Source: Dehalococcoides sp. JdFR-56 (GTDB lineage: Bacteria > Chloroflexota > Dehalococcoidia > Dehalococcoidales > RBG-16-60-22). Taken from it: DNA of 64,000 nt. Below the pieces are notes generated by a model. The model saw nothing but the letters and a program-made list of their open reading frames with translations. It did no database searches and was not told where the DNA came from. The DNA is taken from NCBI GenBank assembly GCA_002011495.1, contig MTNR01000061.1, positions 2,131 through 66,130 of the forward strand. Reading direction: 5' to 3'. A program made the position numbers and the translations under genes. Shown in pieces: positions 52,074-62,193 of the stretch (its first letter is position 1; every line of letters starts with the position of its first letter).

Positions 52074-53288
52074 ATGAAAAATCGGATCATCGCTTCGATT
52101 GATGTTGGCACCACCAAGGTGTGTACCACCATCGCTGAGATCAATAATGGGGGCAGCCTGCGGGTTATCGGGGTTGGCATTACCCCATCGGTGGGGCTGC
52201 ACAAGGGCCTGGTGGTCAACATCAATGAAGCCAGGGAGTCAATTCGTGAGTCGGTGAAGAAAGCGGAACAGGCGAGCAACTATAAGATAGAGTCGGCCTA
52301 CGTGGGGGTTACCGGAAGACATGTTTCCTCAATGAATAACCGGGGCGTGGTGGCCATCACACGGAACGACCGCGTAGTGCGCTCGGATGACCTCAAGCGC
52401 GTCCTTGCCTCTGCCCAGAGCATCAAGGTTCCCAATGACCGCAAGGTGCTTCACGTTATTCCTCGCTCTTACGCCGTTGATGGCCAGGCAGGGGTCAAGA
52501 ACCCGGTGGGGATGCATGGCTTCCGGCTTGATGTGGAGACCCATGTCATTACCGCCGCCGTAACCTCAATCCAGAACCTGGTCAAGTGTATTCGCAGCAT
52601 TGGCATTGATATTGAGGACCTGGTCCTCGAGCCCCTGGCCAGCAGTGAAGCCATACTGACCCAGGATGAAAAGGAGGTGGGGGTTATCTTGGCGGACATC
52701 GGTGGCGGGACGACTGACATCGCCGTTTTCAAGGACGGCAGCATCTGGCATACCTCAATCCTGCCCGTGGCCGGGTATCAGCTGACCAGAGACGTTTCCA
52801 TTGGTCTGGGGCTTCCCTTTGACGTCGCTGAGGAGATGAAGAAGCGGTATGGCAGCGTGATGCCGGTCTACGAAAGCCGGACCGAGGCCAGCATGGCCAT
52901 CTCTCAGGATGGACATGGTGTCTCCTATCAGGACCTGTGTGATATCATCCGGGCCCGAGTTGAGGAAATACTGAAGCTCATCTTGCTCGAGTTGCCCAGC
53001 TCCGAATATGAGACGGTGGTCCCGGCGGGTCTGGTGCTCACCGGCGGCAGCTCCAATCTGGCTGGCATCGCCACCCTGGGGCGCGAGATACTGCAGCTCC
53101 CGGTGAGGGTGGGCGCGCCGACCAGTATGGAGGGCATTGGGGATACCCTTTGTGACCCGGCCTATGCCACCAGCGTGGGCCTGTTGCTGTGGGGGGCCAA
53201 GCATGAGGGTACCCGCAGCTGGCAGCCCTGGAGGCTGGGCTCGCTGATACAGCGTCTGGCCTTCCGCATCAGGAACCTGTTCCGCTAA
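52074..53288 (+). CDS. ftsA: cell division protein FtsA
   Basis: Actin-fold motifs IASIDVGTTKV, LADIGGGTTDIAVF, LTGGSSNLAGI. AAAGGAGGG lies upstream. Confidence 0.95.
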   Translation: MKNRIIASIDVGTTKVCTTIAEINNGGSLRVIGVGITPSVGLHKGLVVNINEARESIRESVKKAEQASNYKIESAYVGVTGRHVSSMNNRGVVAITRNDRVVRSDDLKRVLASAQSIKVPNDRKVLHVIPRSYAVDGQAGVKNPVGMHGFRLDVETHVITAAVTSIQNLVKCIRSIGIDIEDLVLEPLASSEAILTQDEKEVGVILADIGGGTTDIAVFKDGSIWHTSILPVAGYQLTRDVSIGLGLPFDVAEEMKKRYGSVMPVYESRTEASMAISQDGHGVSYQDLCDIIRARVEEILKLILLELPSSEYETVVPAGLVLTGGSSNLAGIATLGREILQLPVRVGAPTSMEGIGDTLCDPAYATSVGLLLWGAKHEGTRSWQPWRLGSLIQRLAFRIRNLFR

Positions 53289-53321
53289 AAGAAAGATAAA
53301 CTACCGAAAAAGGAGGAGGAG

Positions 53322-54461
53322 ATGGCAAAAACAAGTTTTGTGGCCAATCCAGCCAAGATTAAGGTTATCGGCCTCGGCGGTGGTGGCAGCAACGCGATAA
53401 CCCGTATGGTCCGAGAGGAGATCAAGGGCGTTGAATTCATCGCCATGAATACTGATGCCCAGGCTCTGGCCGTCACCGAAGCTCCCATCCGCATTCAGCT
53501 TGGCGAGAAGCTGACCAAGGGGCTGGGGGTTGGCGGTGACCATAATCTGGGGCAACGGGCCGCCGAGGAAAGCCGAGACGAGCTGAAAGAACTGGTCAGC
53601 GGGGCGGACATGGTGTTTGTCACCTGCGGCATGGGCGGCGGTACCGGCACCGGGGCGGCACCGGTGGTGGCCGAGATCGCCAAGCAGAGCGGAGCCCTTA
53701 CCATCGCTGTGGTCACCAAGCCATTCAGCTTTGAGGGTGTCCACCGCAGTCAGGTGGCCAATGAGGGTATTAACCGCCTGCTGGGCAAGGTTGATACCCT
53801 GATCATCATCCCCAATGACCGGTTGCTGGCGCTCTGTGACCAGAAGACGGGCGTGGATAGCGCCTTCAAGCTCGCCGATGATGTGCTCAGACACGGCGTG
53901 CAGGCGATCGCTGAGGTCATCACCACTCCTGGGCTGATCAACCTTGACTTTGCTGATGTCAAGGCGATCATGAAGGACGCCGGGCCAGCCTGGATGTCCA
54001 TCGGCACTGGGTCAGGGCAGAACCGAGCAGTGGAGGCCGCCAAGCAGGCGCTGGCCAGCCCGCTGCTTGATGTTTCCATCAATGGCTCAAAGGCGGTGCT
54101 CTTCAACGTGGTTGGTGGCAGCAGCCTCACCCTGTTTGAGGTCAATGAGGCCGCCGACATCATCAGGCAGGCGGTTGACCCCGAGGCCAACATCATCTTC
54201 GGCGTGGCCCATGACCCGGAGATGGATAACACGGTCAAGATCACCCTGATTGCCACCGGGTTCACTGCCAAGCTGGGGATGACCGGAGCCGACCAGGAGG
54301 ATGAGCTGACCCAGCTTCTCAAGGGCATCAAGAGCGAGGACGAGCTGGATATGCCTTCCTTCCTGCGCCGTCCGCTCTTCAGCCATCGGCGCCAGGCGAC
54401 TATGCCCGGTAAACCGGTGCAGCCACCCTTGATGACCACCCCGATGGAGCAGAGTCGCTAG
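53322..54461 (+). CDS. ftsZ: cell division GTPase FtsZ
   Basis: GLGGGGSNA, tubulin signature [31 protein letters not shown] lies upstream. Confidence 0.97.
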   Translation: MAKTSFVANPAKIKVIGLGGGGSNAITRMVREEIKGVEFIAMNTDAQALAVTEAPIRIQLGEKLTKGLGVGGDHNLGQRAAEESRDELKELVSGADMVFVTCGMGGGTGTGAAPVVAEIAKQSGALTIAVVTKPFSFEGVHRSQVANEGINRLLGKVDTLIIIPNDRLLALCDQKTGVDSAFKLADDVLRHGVQAIAEVITTPGLINLDFADVKAIMKDAGPAWMSIGTGSGQNRAVEAAKQALASPLLDVSINGSKAVLFNVVGGSSLTLFEVNEAADIIRQAVDPEANIIFGVAHDPEMDNTVKITLIATGFTAKLGMTGADQEDELTQLLKGIKSEDELDMPSFLRRPLFSHRRQATMPGKPVQPPLMTTPMEQSR

Positions 54462-54510
54462 TCAGTGGCGTGAAGCACCGCTTGAGGGAGAGGAGGCGGC
54501 GGAGTTTGTC

Positions 54511-54711
54511 GTGAGGGAGTATGCTGGCGTGGCATCTGATATAGCTGCCAGTGGGCAGAATAGCAGGGGCAAGAATCGTAATGGCAATGGGATAAAGTTT
54601 GCCCGCTGCCCGTATTGCAGCAAGAAGGGATTTTACAAGGTTTCCCGCCGCTATGAGCATTGCCGCTGCTGTGGCTTGCACCGGCTCCTTTTGCCGGGGC
54701 AGGACTTCTAG
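54511..54711 (+). CDS. small zinc-ribbon-like protein (66 aa), hypothetical
   Basis: GTG-initiated ORF 50 nt after ftsZ. It carries the paired motifs CPYC ... CRCC. Coding status is uncertain. Confidence 0.35.
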   Translation: MREYAGVASDIAASGQNSRGKNRNGNGIKFARCPYCSKKGFYKVSRRYEHCRCCGLHRLLLPGQDF

Positions 54712-54731
54712 GCCTGTGGTAATTGACTTTA

Positions 54732-54760
54732 TTGACAATTCTCTCTCCAGTAGTTATGCT
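54732..54760 (+). promoter_or_regulatory. sigma70-type promoter candidate for rsmD-coaD
   Basis: TTGACA (54732..54737), 17-nt spacer, TATGCT (54755..54760). Confidence 0.5.
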
Positions 54761-54887
54761 AATATTAGGATTGGTTGATTTCGGCGTTGGAGAGTGGGGG
54801 CATATCCTGGCAGGGAAAAGGCGAACTTAAGCTAGGGGTTGCCTTTGCCTATGTGGATTTCCGCCGGAGAAGTGGTTGACACCAGGC

Positions 54888-55436
54888 ATGCGAGTTATTG
54901 CGGGCAAGGCGAAGGGACACTATCTCAAGGTACCAAAGGGAACGGTGACCCGCCCGGCGACAGATCTGGTCAGGGGGGCCATTTTCTCTATCTTGGAAAA
55001 TATCACCGATAGCTGGGCACAGGTGCTTGACCTCTTTTCCGGTAGCGGTGCCCTGGGTATCGAGGCGCTGAGCCGCGGTGCTGGCTGGGTGGATTTTGTG
55101 GAGCGGGAACCACGGTGTTGTGCTATAATTAAACAGAATCTGGAGAAAACTGGGTTTAGTGCTCAAGCACATGTTTATTGCTGTAGCGTAGCCAGAGCCA
55201 TTTCCTTTCTCGATAAGGAGTATGATATCATACTTATGGACCCGCCCTACTCTGATTCGTCAATAGGGAACTTGATAACCGAGCTGGCATCCTCTAAATT
55301 GGTCGGAGCAAACTCCATCGTTGTGGTGACGCATTCTCCCCGCCTGCCTTTAGCTTCCGCTTACGCTGCTCTCAACCTCATCAAAGAACACCGCCATGGT
55401 GATAGCTGTGTTGCCATCTACCGGAAGGGAGGCTAA
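54888..55436 (+). CDS. rsmD: 16S rRNA (guanine966-N2)-methyltransferase RsmD
   Basis: MRVIAGKAKG..L.VP....RPATDLVRGAIFSIL, DLFSGSGALGIEALSRGA, DPPY. The start was moved to ATG at 54888. Confidence 0.9.
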   Translation: MRVIAGKAKGHYLKVPKGTVTRPATDLVRGAIFSILENITDSWAQVLDLFSGSGALGIEALSRGAGWVDFVEREPRCCAIIKQNLEKTGFSAQAHVYCCSVARAISFLDKEYDIILMDPPYSDSSIGNLITELASSKLVGANSIVVVTHSPRLPLASAYAALNLIKEHRHGDSCVAIYRKGG

Positions 55437-55438
55437 CT

Positions 55439-55921
55439 TTGACCATCGCTGTCTACCCGGGCACCTTTGACCCGGTAACCAATGGGCACCTTGATATTGT
55501 CACCAGAGCCGCCAAGCTTTTTGAGCGGATAATCATGGGTGTCTATGAAAAGTCCAATAAACACCTTGTCTTTACCACTGAGGAACGAGTGGCGCTGGCG
55601 AAGAAGGCGGTGGCTCATCTTCCCAACGTTGAGGTGAAATCTTTTGGCGGACTGGCGGTTGATTTTGCCCGGCAGGAGAAGGCAAAAGTCATGATCCGTG
55701 GGCTCAGGATGAACGCCGACTTTGAGAAGGAATTTGAGATGGCGATGATGAACCGCAAGCTAGCTCCGGAACTGGATATGCTTTGTCTCATGGCCAGTCA
55801 GGAGTATCAATTCCTTAGTTCCAGCCTGCTCAAGGAGGTAGCCTGCCTGGGTGGCGACATCAGTGACCTGGTTCCTGAGCATGTGGCTGAGGCTTTAAGA
55901 AGGAAGGTTCGTAAGATGTAA
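55439..55921 (+). CDS. coaD: phosphopantetheine adenylyltransferase
   Basis: IAVYPGTFDPVTNGHLDI, RGLR, and SSSLLKEV-type C-terminal block. TTG start. Confidence 0.93.
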   Translation: MTIAVYPGTFDPVTNGHLDIVTRAAKLFERIIMGVYEKSNKHLVFTTEERVALAKKAVAHLPNVEVKSFGGLAVDFARQEKAKVMIRGLRMNADFEKEFEMAMMNRKLAPELDMLCLMASQEYQFLSSSLLKEVACLGGDISDLVPEHVAEALRRKVRKM

Positions 55922-55986
55922 GACATTTTTCTGGGTTACGGGCTTTGCTCAAAAGATTCTCTTTTTAAAAGCAAGGAGGTAAATTT

Positions 55987-56253
55987 ATGGCGTACAAGAT
56001 CACGGAGGAGTGCATTAGCTGCGGAGCTTGTGAACCGGAGTGCCCCAACCAGGCGATTAGCGAGGGGGAGACCATCTACGTGATTGACCCTAGTAAGTGC
56101 AGTGAGTGCGTTGGGGCGCATGAATCTTCGCGATGCGCTGAAGTTTGCCCCGTTGATGCCTGCGTGCCTGACCCGGAGCATAAAGAGAGCCGGGAGCAAC
56201 TGCTGGAGAAGTGGAAAAGGTTGCACCCTGGGGAAACTCCATCGGTCACCTAG
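55987..56253 (+). CDS. 2x[4Fe-4S] ferredoxin (YfhL-like)
   Basis: [12 protein letters not shown] and [25 protein letters not shown] lies 8 nt upstream. Confidence 0.85.
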   Translation: MAYKITEECISCGACEPECPNQAISEGETIYVIDPSKCSECVGAHESSRCAEVCPVDACVPDPEHKESREQLLEKWKRLHPGETPSVT

Positions 56254-56436
56254 CCTGGGGGCTTTAAAGCTTTAACCAATATAGCGCCGGGACTATAAAT
56301 TGCATATAGGCTAGGGCCACTCTCGCCGGCGGTATCTCGCCCGGCCGAGCGCACTGCCTAGAGGTAGGAAGGTTATTTGCCTCTGGGCCTTAAAGCGAAT
56401 GCTTTCTCCGTGCTGGCAGTGCTGCGGAGGGTGGGG

Positions 56437-56925
56437 TTACTGAAAGAAAGCGCGTATTGAGCCGAACTCTCCGGGGAGCAGCGCCAGCACCATGGGGAAG
56501 CGCTCCAGGAGAAAGCCGGCCAGGGCTGACTCGCTGATTGGCCCGGTTATGCCCAGGAACTTGGTCCAGATGGCAAGCAGGGCGCTGCAGAACAGGGCTC
56601 CCAGGACAAGGCCAAAGACAGCCCCGCCCAGGCGGTTAATCCAGCCCAGCATCATGATTGAGACCAGCCACCTCAGCACCGAGGCGAGGATACTGGCCAT
56701 CAGCATCACCCCGATGAGAATGATGGCGAAGGCAGCGATTCGGGCCAGATTTTCCTGTGGGATGAAGGTGAGCTGCTCGGCGAGGGCGGGGTAGAGGCGC
56801 CCCGCCAGAAGCACCCCGATGATCACCCCGGCCAGGGACAGGACCGCTTTGATAATGCCGATCCGCAGGCCAATCAGGGTGGCGATGCCGATGATGACGA
56901 TAATGCCGATATCAAGCCAGTTCAT
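56437..56925 (-). CDS. cvpA: CvpA-family membrane protein
   Basis: 162 aa. MNWLDIGIIVIIGIATLIGLRIGIIK matches the CvpA N-terminal pattern. Four TM segments. Confidence 0.7.
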   Translation of the reverse strand: MNWLDIGIIVIIGIATLIGLRIGIIKAVLSLAGVIIGVLLAGRLYPALAEQLTFIPQENLARIAAFAIILIGVMLMASILASVLRWLVSIMMLGWINRLGGAVFGLVLGALFCSALLAIWTKFLGITGPISESALAGFLLERFPMVLALLPGEFGSIRAFFQ

Positions 56926-56986
56926 AGGCTATCCCCCTGAGGTTTCTCCTTTTCTTTCCTCATCTTCAATTTTACCACATCCGGGA

Positions 56987-58237
56987 TTACTCGTAGTGCA
57001 GGGCATCTATGGGGTTTAATCTGGCCGCCCTCAGCGCCGGATACATGCCGGAGATGAGCCCGATGATGACCGAGACCATAAAGGCCAGGATGATGACGTC
57101 TGGGGAGACCACCGCCGCCAGTCTGAAGCCACCAACATCTATCTGCGAAATGACATAGGATATCAGCCAGCCGCCGGCGATGCCGATGCCCCCGCCGATG
57201 AAGCTCAGCGTGGCCGCCTCAAGCAGGAATTGCAGCAGGATATCCCGCCGTTTGGCCCCCACCGCCTTGCGGATGCCGATCTCTCTGGTGCGCTCAGTCA
57301 CCGAGACCAGCATGATGTTCATAATGCCGATGCTGCCCACCAGCAGCGAGATGCTGGCGATGGCCCCCAGAAAGATGGAGAAGATGGTGGTCACCTGACC
57401 GACGATCTCCAGCACCTGCTCCTGACTGACCACGGCGAAGTCATTCTTATCATCGCCTGTCAGCCGGTGACGCTTGCGTAAGATAGCTTCAATCTCATCG
57501 CTTACCTCATCCATGCGCTCGGCGCTGGTTACCTTGACGCTGATTGAGGCGATGGCGTCCTCCCCGGTGGCGGTTTTATCTGGGAAGAGCCTGGTCTGAT
57601 AGGTGGTTATGGGCACGATGACCACGTCATCAAAGCTGACGCCGAAGAGCGCGCCACCCTTGGGCGCAAGCACGCCGATGACGGTGAAGCGCAGCTTCTT
57701 CATCTTCACCTTCTGCCCGACGGGGTCATCGGAGCCAAAGAGCTCGGTGGCCACCTTGTGGCCCAACACCACCACGTTGGCGCGCTGGGCCACATTCTGG
57801 TCGGTGATGAAGCGTCCGGAGGCTACCGAGTAGTTCAGCACGTCCAGATACTCCGGGGTGGCGCCGTGGAGCAGTCCCCGCTTGCTTTCACCGTCTGCGG
57901 TGACGTTGATGAAGTTCTCGTTTATCGGGGCGATCGCCTCCACCCAGCGCAGCTTCGCCAGTGCCCGGGCGTCATCCATGGTGAGGGTGGGTGGAGCGTA
58001 GGCCGGGGAGAGCGAGAACCCTCCCTCCACCTCGGGATTGCGCGGCATCACCGAGAGGACGTTGGTGCCCAGTTGCTCGTAGGCTGAGGTGATGGTGGCC
58101 TCTGCTCCTCTGCCCACCGAAACCAGGGTGATCACCGAGCCCACCCCGATGATGACGCCCAGCATGGTCAGCGCCGAGCGCAGCTTGTTGGCCAGAAGCG
58201 ACCTTATCGCAATGACGATGGAATCAATGAACTTCAC
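56987..58237 (-). CDS. ABC transporter permease, MacB/FtsX type
   Basis: 416 aa. One N-terminal TM, a large periplasmic domain, then a C-terminal FtsX-type 3-TM bundle (VTERTREIGIRKAVGAKRRDIL). Confidence 0.85.
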   Translation of the reverse strand: MKFIDSIVIAIRSLLANKLRSALTMLGVIIGVGSVITLVSVGRGAEATITSAYEQLGTNVLSVMPRNPEVEGGFSLSPAYAPPTLTMDDARALAKLRWVEAIAPINENFINVTADGESKRGLLHGATPEYLDVLNYSVASGRFITDQNVAQRANVVVLGHKVATELFGSDDPVGQKVKMKKLRFTVIGVLAPKGGALFGVSFDDVVIVPITTYQTRLFPDKTATGEDAIASISVKVTSAERMDEVSDEIEAILRKRHRLTGDDKNDFAVVSQEQVLEIVGQVTTIFSIFLGAIASISLLVGSIGIMNIMLVSVTERTREIGIRKAVGAKRRDILLQFLLEAATLSFIGGGIGIAGGWLISYVISQIDVGGFRLAAVVSPDVIILAFMVSVIIGLISGMYPALRAARLNPIDALHYE

Positions 58238-58263
58238 CTGTCATCTCCCGCCGCAAAACCTTG

Positions 58264-58986
58264 TCATTCACTTTTCTTGCTCTTGCTTATCGTCTTAGCG
58301 TTGCTGGTCGGCTTCTCATCGCTGATAACCCGGCCATCCAGCAGGCGGATGATGCGCTGAGCTTGCGCGGCGATATCCATCTCATGGGTGACCAGGATGA
58401 CGGTGATGCCCTCGCGGTTGAGCTGGCAGAAAATGGAGACGATATCCTCGGTGGCGGCGCTGTCCAGGTTGCCCGTAGGCTCATCTGCCAGGATGAGCGA
58501 TGGGTTGTTCACCAGCGCCCGGGCGATGGCCACCCGCTGCTGCTCACCACCGGATAGCTCCGTGGGCTTGTGGTTGGCCCGCTCGGCCAAGCCCACCCGC
58601 GCCAGCGCCTCCAGGCTCCGCTTCCGTTTCTGGCTGTCACCACTGTAGATGAGGGGTAGCTCCACGTTGGCCAATGCCGTGGCGCGGGGCAATAGATTAA
58701 ACGTCTGGAAGACAAAGCCGATCTTCTTGTTTCTCAGCTCGGCCAGCTTGTTATCGTTGAACCGGCTGACGTCAACCCCTTCCAGCAGGTACCTGCCGGA
58801 GGTGGGTTTATCCAGAAAGCCCAGGATGTTCATCAGGGTGGACTTGCCCGAGCCGGAGGCGCCCACGATGGCCACCATCTCTCCCTCTTTGATGGAGAGG
58901 GTGATGCCCCGCAGCGCCGGGACCTCCACCTTGCCCATCTGGTAGACCTTGGTGATGTCCTCAAGTTGAATCAGGGTATCGGCCAT
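58264..58986 (-). CDS. ABC transporter ATP-binding protein, MacB/LolD type
   Basis: Walker [10 protein letters not shown], signature LSGGEQQR, Walker [12 protein letters not shown]. Confidence 0.9.
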   Translation of the reverse strand: MADTLIQLEDITKVYQMGKVEVPALRGITLSIKEGEMVAIVGASGSGKSTLMNILGFLDKPTSGRYLLEGVDVSRFNDNKLAELRNKKIGFVFQTFNLLPRATALANVELPLIYSGDSQKRKRSLEALARVGLAERANHKPTELSGGEQQRVAIARALVNNPSLILADEPTGNLDSAATEDIVSIFCQLNREGITVILVTHEMDIAAQAQRIIRLLDGRVISDEKPTSNAKTISKSKKSE

Positions 58987-58987
58987 C

Positions 58988-60490
58988 TCAGAATATTCCT
59001 GGTGAGGATGAGCGTACCTTGACCTCGGTCACCACCTTCTCCCCCTCCTGAAGGCCGCTGATAACCTCGGTGTTGAAGCCATCGCTGATGCCAATAACCA
59101 CTGGCCTTTCTTCTATCTTGTCGTTTACCATGACCTCAACTATGGTTCTGCCTTGGCTATCCTTCTTGATGGCCCGGTCCGGCACGAGCAAAACGTTGCT
59201 CCGCCTCTCCACGATGATGTCCGCTGAGGCGCTCATGCCCACCTTTATCCCCGAATCCTGCGGGACTTCAAGCTCTATCTTGACCCGGTAAACCACCACT
59301 CCTCCCACCTCAATGGGCCTGGGGTAAATGGTGGTGACCACCCCGGTGAACTCGGCATCGGGTAAAGCGTCCAGGGTGATGACCGCCTCCTGGCCCACTT
59401 TCACCTGTGGTATGTCGATCTCATCCACCTCCACCACCAGCTCCATGGTGCCGGGGTCAATCAGCTCAATGACCGGCACGGAGGCCACTGATGGGGAGGG
59501 GATGATATCCCCCTCCTTGGCATTGACGCTGGCCACCACCCCGTGGGTGGGGGCGGTGATGGTGGCCTCCTTTAAGTTCTTCTCCGCCTGGGCTAGAGAC
59601 TGCTCCGCCAGCTCCACTGACTGCTGGGCCACCTGCAATGCCTCCCTGGCCTGCGCCACCGCCTCTTTGGCCAGCTCCACCTGTTGCTCTTTGATGGCCA
59701 CCTCCTCGGTCACCTTGTCTAGGTTCCTCTGAGCCTGCGCCTCCGCCATCTCGGCAGCATCGAGCTGCATCTTGGCGATGGCCACCTCCTCGGTGTCATA
59801 GCTTTGGGTTATGGCGTCCAGCTTGGCTTCAGCGGCGGCCAGCCTGGCCTGAGCATAGGCCAAGGTTCTGGTCCACTTTTCTTGCTCTTGTGTGGTATTG
59901 GCCGCGTTCAGGTTCTCGTTGGCATAATCAACGTAGGCCTTCCACTGGTCAACCTCTTTCTGCGCCGTCTCAATATCCGGCCAGGTGTAGATGTCCCGGG
60001 TTTCATCCAGGTGGTGTTTGGCTGACCTCACCTCTATCTGGGCTTTGAGCAGAGCTAGTTCCATGGCCTCTTTTTTATCCTGCGCGGACTCTAGCTCAAA
60101 TTCAGCCGTGCGCAGGGCCACTTCCTTCTGATCTAGGGCCGTTTTAGCCTGGGTGAGGGCTAGTTTTGCCTGGGCGAGGGAGACCTCCGCCTGCGTTTTG
60201 GCCAGCTCCAGGGTATCAGTCTCAAGCCTGGCCAGCACATCTCCTTGACGAACCACATCGCCCTCCTCCACGTATATCCTCTCGATGCGCCCGCCACTGC
60301 CGAAGCTCAACCTCGTCTCTTTGGAGGTCTCGATATTGCCGCTGCCACTGACGCTGAGCACTAGATCCCCTCTCACCACCTCGACCATCTGCTGGGTGGT
60401 TTTGCCTTCCTCACCAAGGGGATTGCAGCCGGCAAGGCTGACCAGACCAAGGCTGAGAAATAAGCTGGTGATAACTAGCCACTTTCGCAT
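58988..60490 (-). CDS. HlyD/MacA-family periplasmic adaptor lipoprotein with long coiled coil
   Basis: The start was moved to ATG at 60490 (GGAGG 8 nt upstream; [22 protein letters not shown] lipobox). The ORF-track extension overlaps the upstream regulator. There is a long Ala/Glu/Gln-rich coiled-coil hairpin and a C-terminal beta-barrel region. Confidence 0.8.
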   Translation of the reverse strand: MRKWLVITSLFLSLGLVSLAGCNPLGEEGKTTQQMVEVVRGDLVLSVSGSGNIETSKETRLSFGSGGRIERIYVEEGDVVRQGDVLARLETDTLELAKTQAEVSLAQAKLALTQAKTALDQKEVALRTAEFELESAQDKKEAMELALLKAQIEVRSAKHHLDETRDIYTWPDIETAQKEVDQWKAYVDYANENLNAANTTQEQEKWTRTLAYAQARLAAAEAKLDAITQSYDTEEVAIAKMQLDAAEMAEAQAQRNLDKVTEEVAIKEQQVELAKEAVAQAREALQVAQQSVELAEQSLAQAEKNLKEATITAPTHGVVASVNAKEGDIIPSPSVASVPVIELIDPGTMELVVEVDEIDIPQVKVGQEAVITLDALPDAEFTGVVTTIYPRPIEVGGVVVYRVKIELEVPQDSGIKVGMSASADIIVERRSNVLLVPDRAIKKDSQGRTIVEVMVNDKIEERPVVIGISDGFNTEVISGLQEGEKVVTEVKVRSSSPGIF

Positions 60491-60524
60491 TTTCCACGCC
60501 TCCGCAAGCAAAATGAAAGACATC

Positions 60525-61010
60525 TCATCTACCGCTTTTCCTCTTATGTTCTTCCTCCCAGCGTTGGAGCAGGGTGGGGAATTCTCTCTCCAGAAAGGCG
60601 TAGACGTCACGCATCTCCTCCAGCCACTTCCTGGCTAGAGGGGTTTTGTCCGCCAGCAGCTCTAGCCCACGCTCGGCAAGCTGGCGCACCATTCTGATTT
60701 CGTCTTCAAGGCCGCGCCTTATCATGTGCTGCCAGGCATCAGGGCGCAGCCGGAAGTAATCACCCCGCACCCCAGGCAGGCTGAGCCGCTCTATCAGGCC
60801 AATTTGAATGAGAAGCCGGGTCATGGTGCTGACCGAGCCCTTGCTGGCCATGAGGTCGGTAACCAGCTGCTTCATGGACTGATGAGGGGGGTCAGAGATG
60901 AGCAGCCGGCCCAGGATGCGGCCGGCCATGCGGGGGAGCCCGGTCTGCTCAAGGACAATGCCTACCTCTTCCACAAACTTCTGCTCTTCCGCTTGGCGTT
61001 TATCGTCCAT
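60525..61010 (-). CDS. GbsR/MarR-family winged-helix transcriptional regulator
   Basis: GLPRMAGRILGRLLISDPPHQSMKQLVTDLMASKGSVSTMTRLLIQIGLIER matches the GbsR-type wHTH pattern. Confidence 0.7.
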   Translation of the reverse strand: MDDKRQAEEQKFVEEVGIVLEQTGLPRMAGRILGRLLISDPPHQSMKQLVTDLMASKGSVSTMTRLLIQIGLIERLSLPGVRGDYFRLRPDAWQHMIRRGLEDEIRMVRQLAERGLELLADKTPLARKWLEEMRDVYAFLEREFPTLLQRWEEEHKRKSGR

Positions 61011-61047
61011 GCTGCCCCACCCCTAAGAGATAACTGCTTTTAAAATA

Positions 61048-61076
61048 GAGTATAATAGATGCTGTTTGTTTTGTCA
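61048..61076 (-). promoter_or_regulatory. sigma70-type promoter for the regulator/efflux operon
   Basis: On the minus strand: TTGACA (61076..61071), 17-nt spacer, TATACT (61053..61048). About 38 nt upstream of the ATG at 61010. Confidence 0.6.
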
Positions 61077-61129
61077 AGACTGAACAAACTGAATGTTATG
61101 AATTCTTTTAAAGAGGTTTTGCCCGTCGT

Positions 61130-61369
61130 CTAGGGTAGCAGGTTGGCGATGAGCTGAAGCAGTATCACGGCGACCATTGGGGTGAGGTCAAACATGCCCA
61201 CTCGGGGGACGATGCGGCGCAGGGGAGCCAGGATAGGCTCGGTGAGCTTATCCAGAATAATGGTCAGCGTATTGGGCCGGGTGAGAAACCAGGAGAGGAT
61301 AGCCCGAATGATAATGGCGAAGGTGAGCACATCGCAGACAAGGCGGATGAAGGAAAAGAGAATGTCCAT
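61130..61369 (-). CDS. yggT: YggT-family membrane protein
   Basis: 79 aa with two TM segments. AIIIRAILSW...L..LTEPILAPLRRI is the YggT signature region. It lies downstream of proC, a commonly seen arrangement. Confidence 0.8.
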   Translation of the reverse strand: MDILFSFIRLVCDVLTFAIIIRAILSWFLTRPNTLTIILDKLTEPILAPLRRIVPRVGMFDLTPMVAVILLQLIANLLP

Positions 61370-61372
61370 GGT

Positions 61373-62182
61373 TTACTTGCCCAATTCCTTGGCTTTATTA
61401 TAGGCGGCGGTTACCGCTTGGCTCACCAGGCTGGCTAACCCTCCTTTTTCAAACTGAGCCAAGGCCTCGGCGGTGGTGCCGCCGGGTGAGGTGACCTGGC
61501 GGCGTAGTTCAGCTGGAGATTTGCCTGACTTCTGGAGCAGCTGACTTGAGCCCAGCATGGTCTGGAGCACTAGCTCCTCAGCCACCTCCGGCGCCAGACC
61601 AATTTTCACCGCGGCTTGAGTTAAGCACTCAACGAAGAGGAAGAAGTAGGCCGGCCCGCTGCCGCTTACCGCCGTGGCCATATCAAGGTATTTTTCCTCA
61701 TCAAGGTAGATTTCCTTGCCCATGGTAGCCAGGATGGCGCGGGCCCATTCCTTCTGCTGGTCGCTGACCTCGGCGGTGGCGGTCCAGACGCTGATGCCCT
61801 GGCCAATCTGGGCGGGGGTGTTGGGCATCACCCGGACGATGGAGCGGTGGCTGAGCCCTTGACATAAAGTAGCAATTCTGGCCCCGGCGATGATGGATAG
61901 AACTAGCTGGGAGGATTCGAGCTGGCCGTTGAGGGTGGCGAGCACCTCAGACAAATTCTGCGGCTTGATCGCCAGAACCACGATGTCGCTTTTCTCCGCC
62001 GCCTCTTGGTTATCTGGGGTGGTGGCCACGCCGTATTTCTGCTGGAGGTGGTGGCGGCGTTCCTCTTTGACATCGCTCACCCAGACATTCTCCGCGGTGC
62101 TCAAATTCTTGCTCAGAATCGCGGAGAGCATCGCCTCTCCCATGGCCCCGCCGCCAATGAAGGCTATCTTCATCTTCTCCAT
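61373..62182 (-). CDS. proC: pyrroline-5-carboxylate reductase
   Basis: KIAFIGGGAMGEAM, RVMPNTPA, and the C-terminal VTSPGGTTAEAL. Confidence 0.95.
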   Translation of the reverse strand: MEKMKIAFIGGGAMGEAMLSAILSKNLSTAENVWVSDVKEERRHHLQQKYGVATTPDNQEAAEKSDIVVLAIKPQNLSEVLATLNGQLESSQLVLSIIAGARIATLCQGLSHRSIVRVMPNTPAQIGQGISVWTATAEVSDQQKEWARAILATMGKEIYLDEEKYLDMATAVSGSGPAYFFLFVECLTQAAVKIGLAPEVAEELVLQTMLGSSQLLQKSGKSPAELRRQVTSPGGTTAEALAQFEKGGLASLVSQAVTAAYNKAKELGK

Positions 62183-62193
62183 CTTGGCGCTTT

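Noticed and set aside
53301-54439. Minus-strand ORFs of 197 and 229 aa
   Set aside because: They are antisense to ftsZ.
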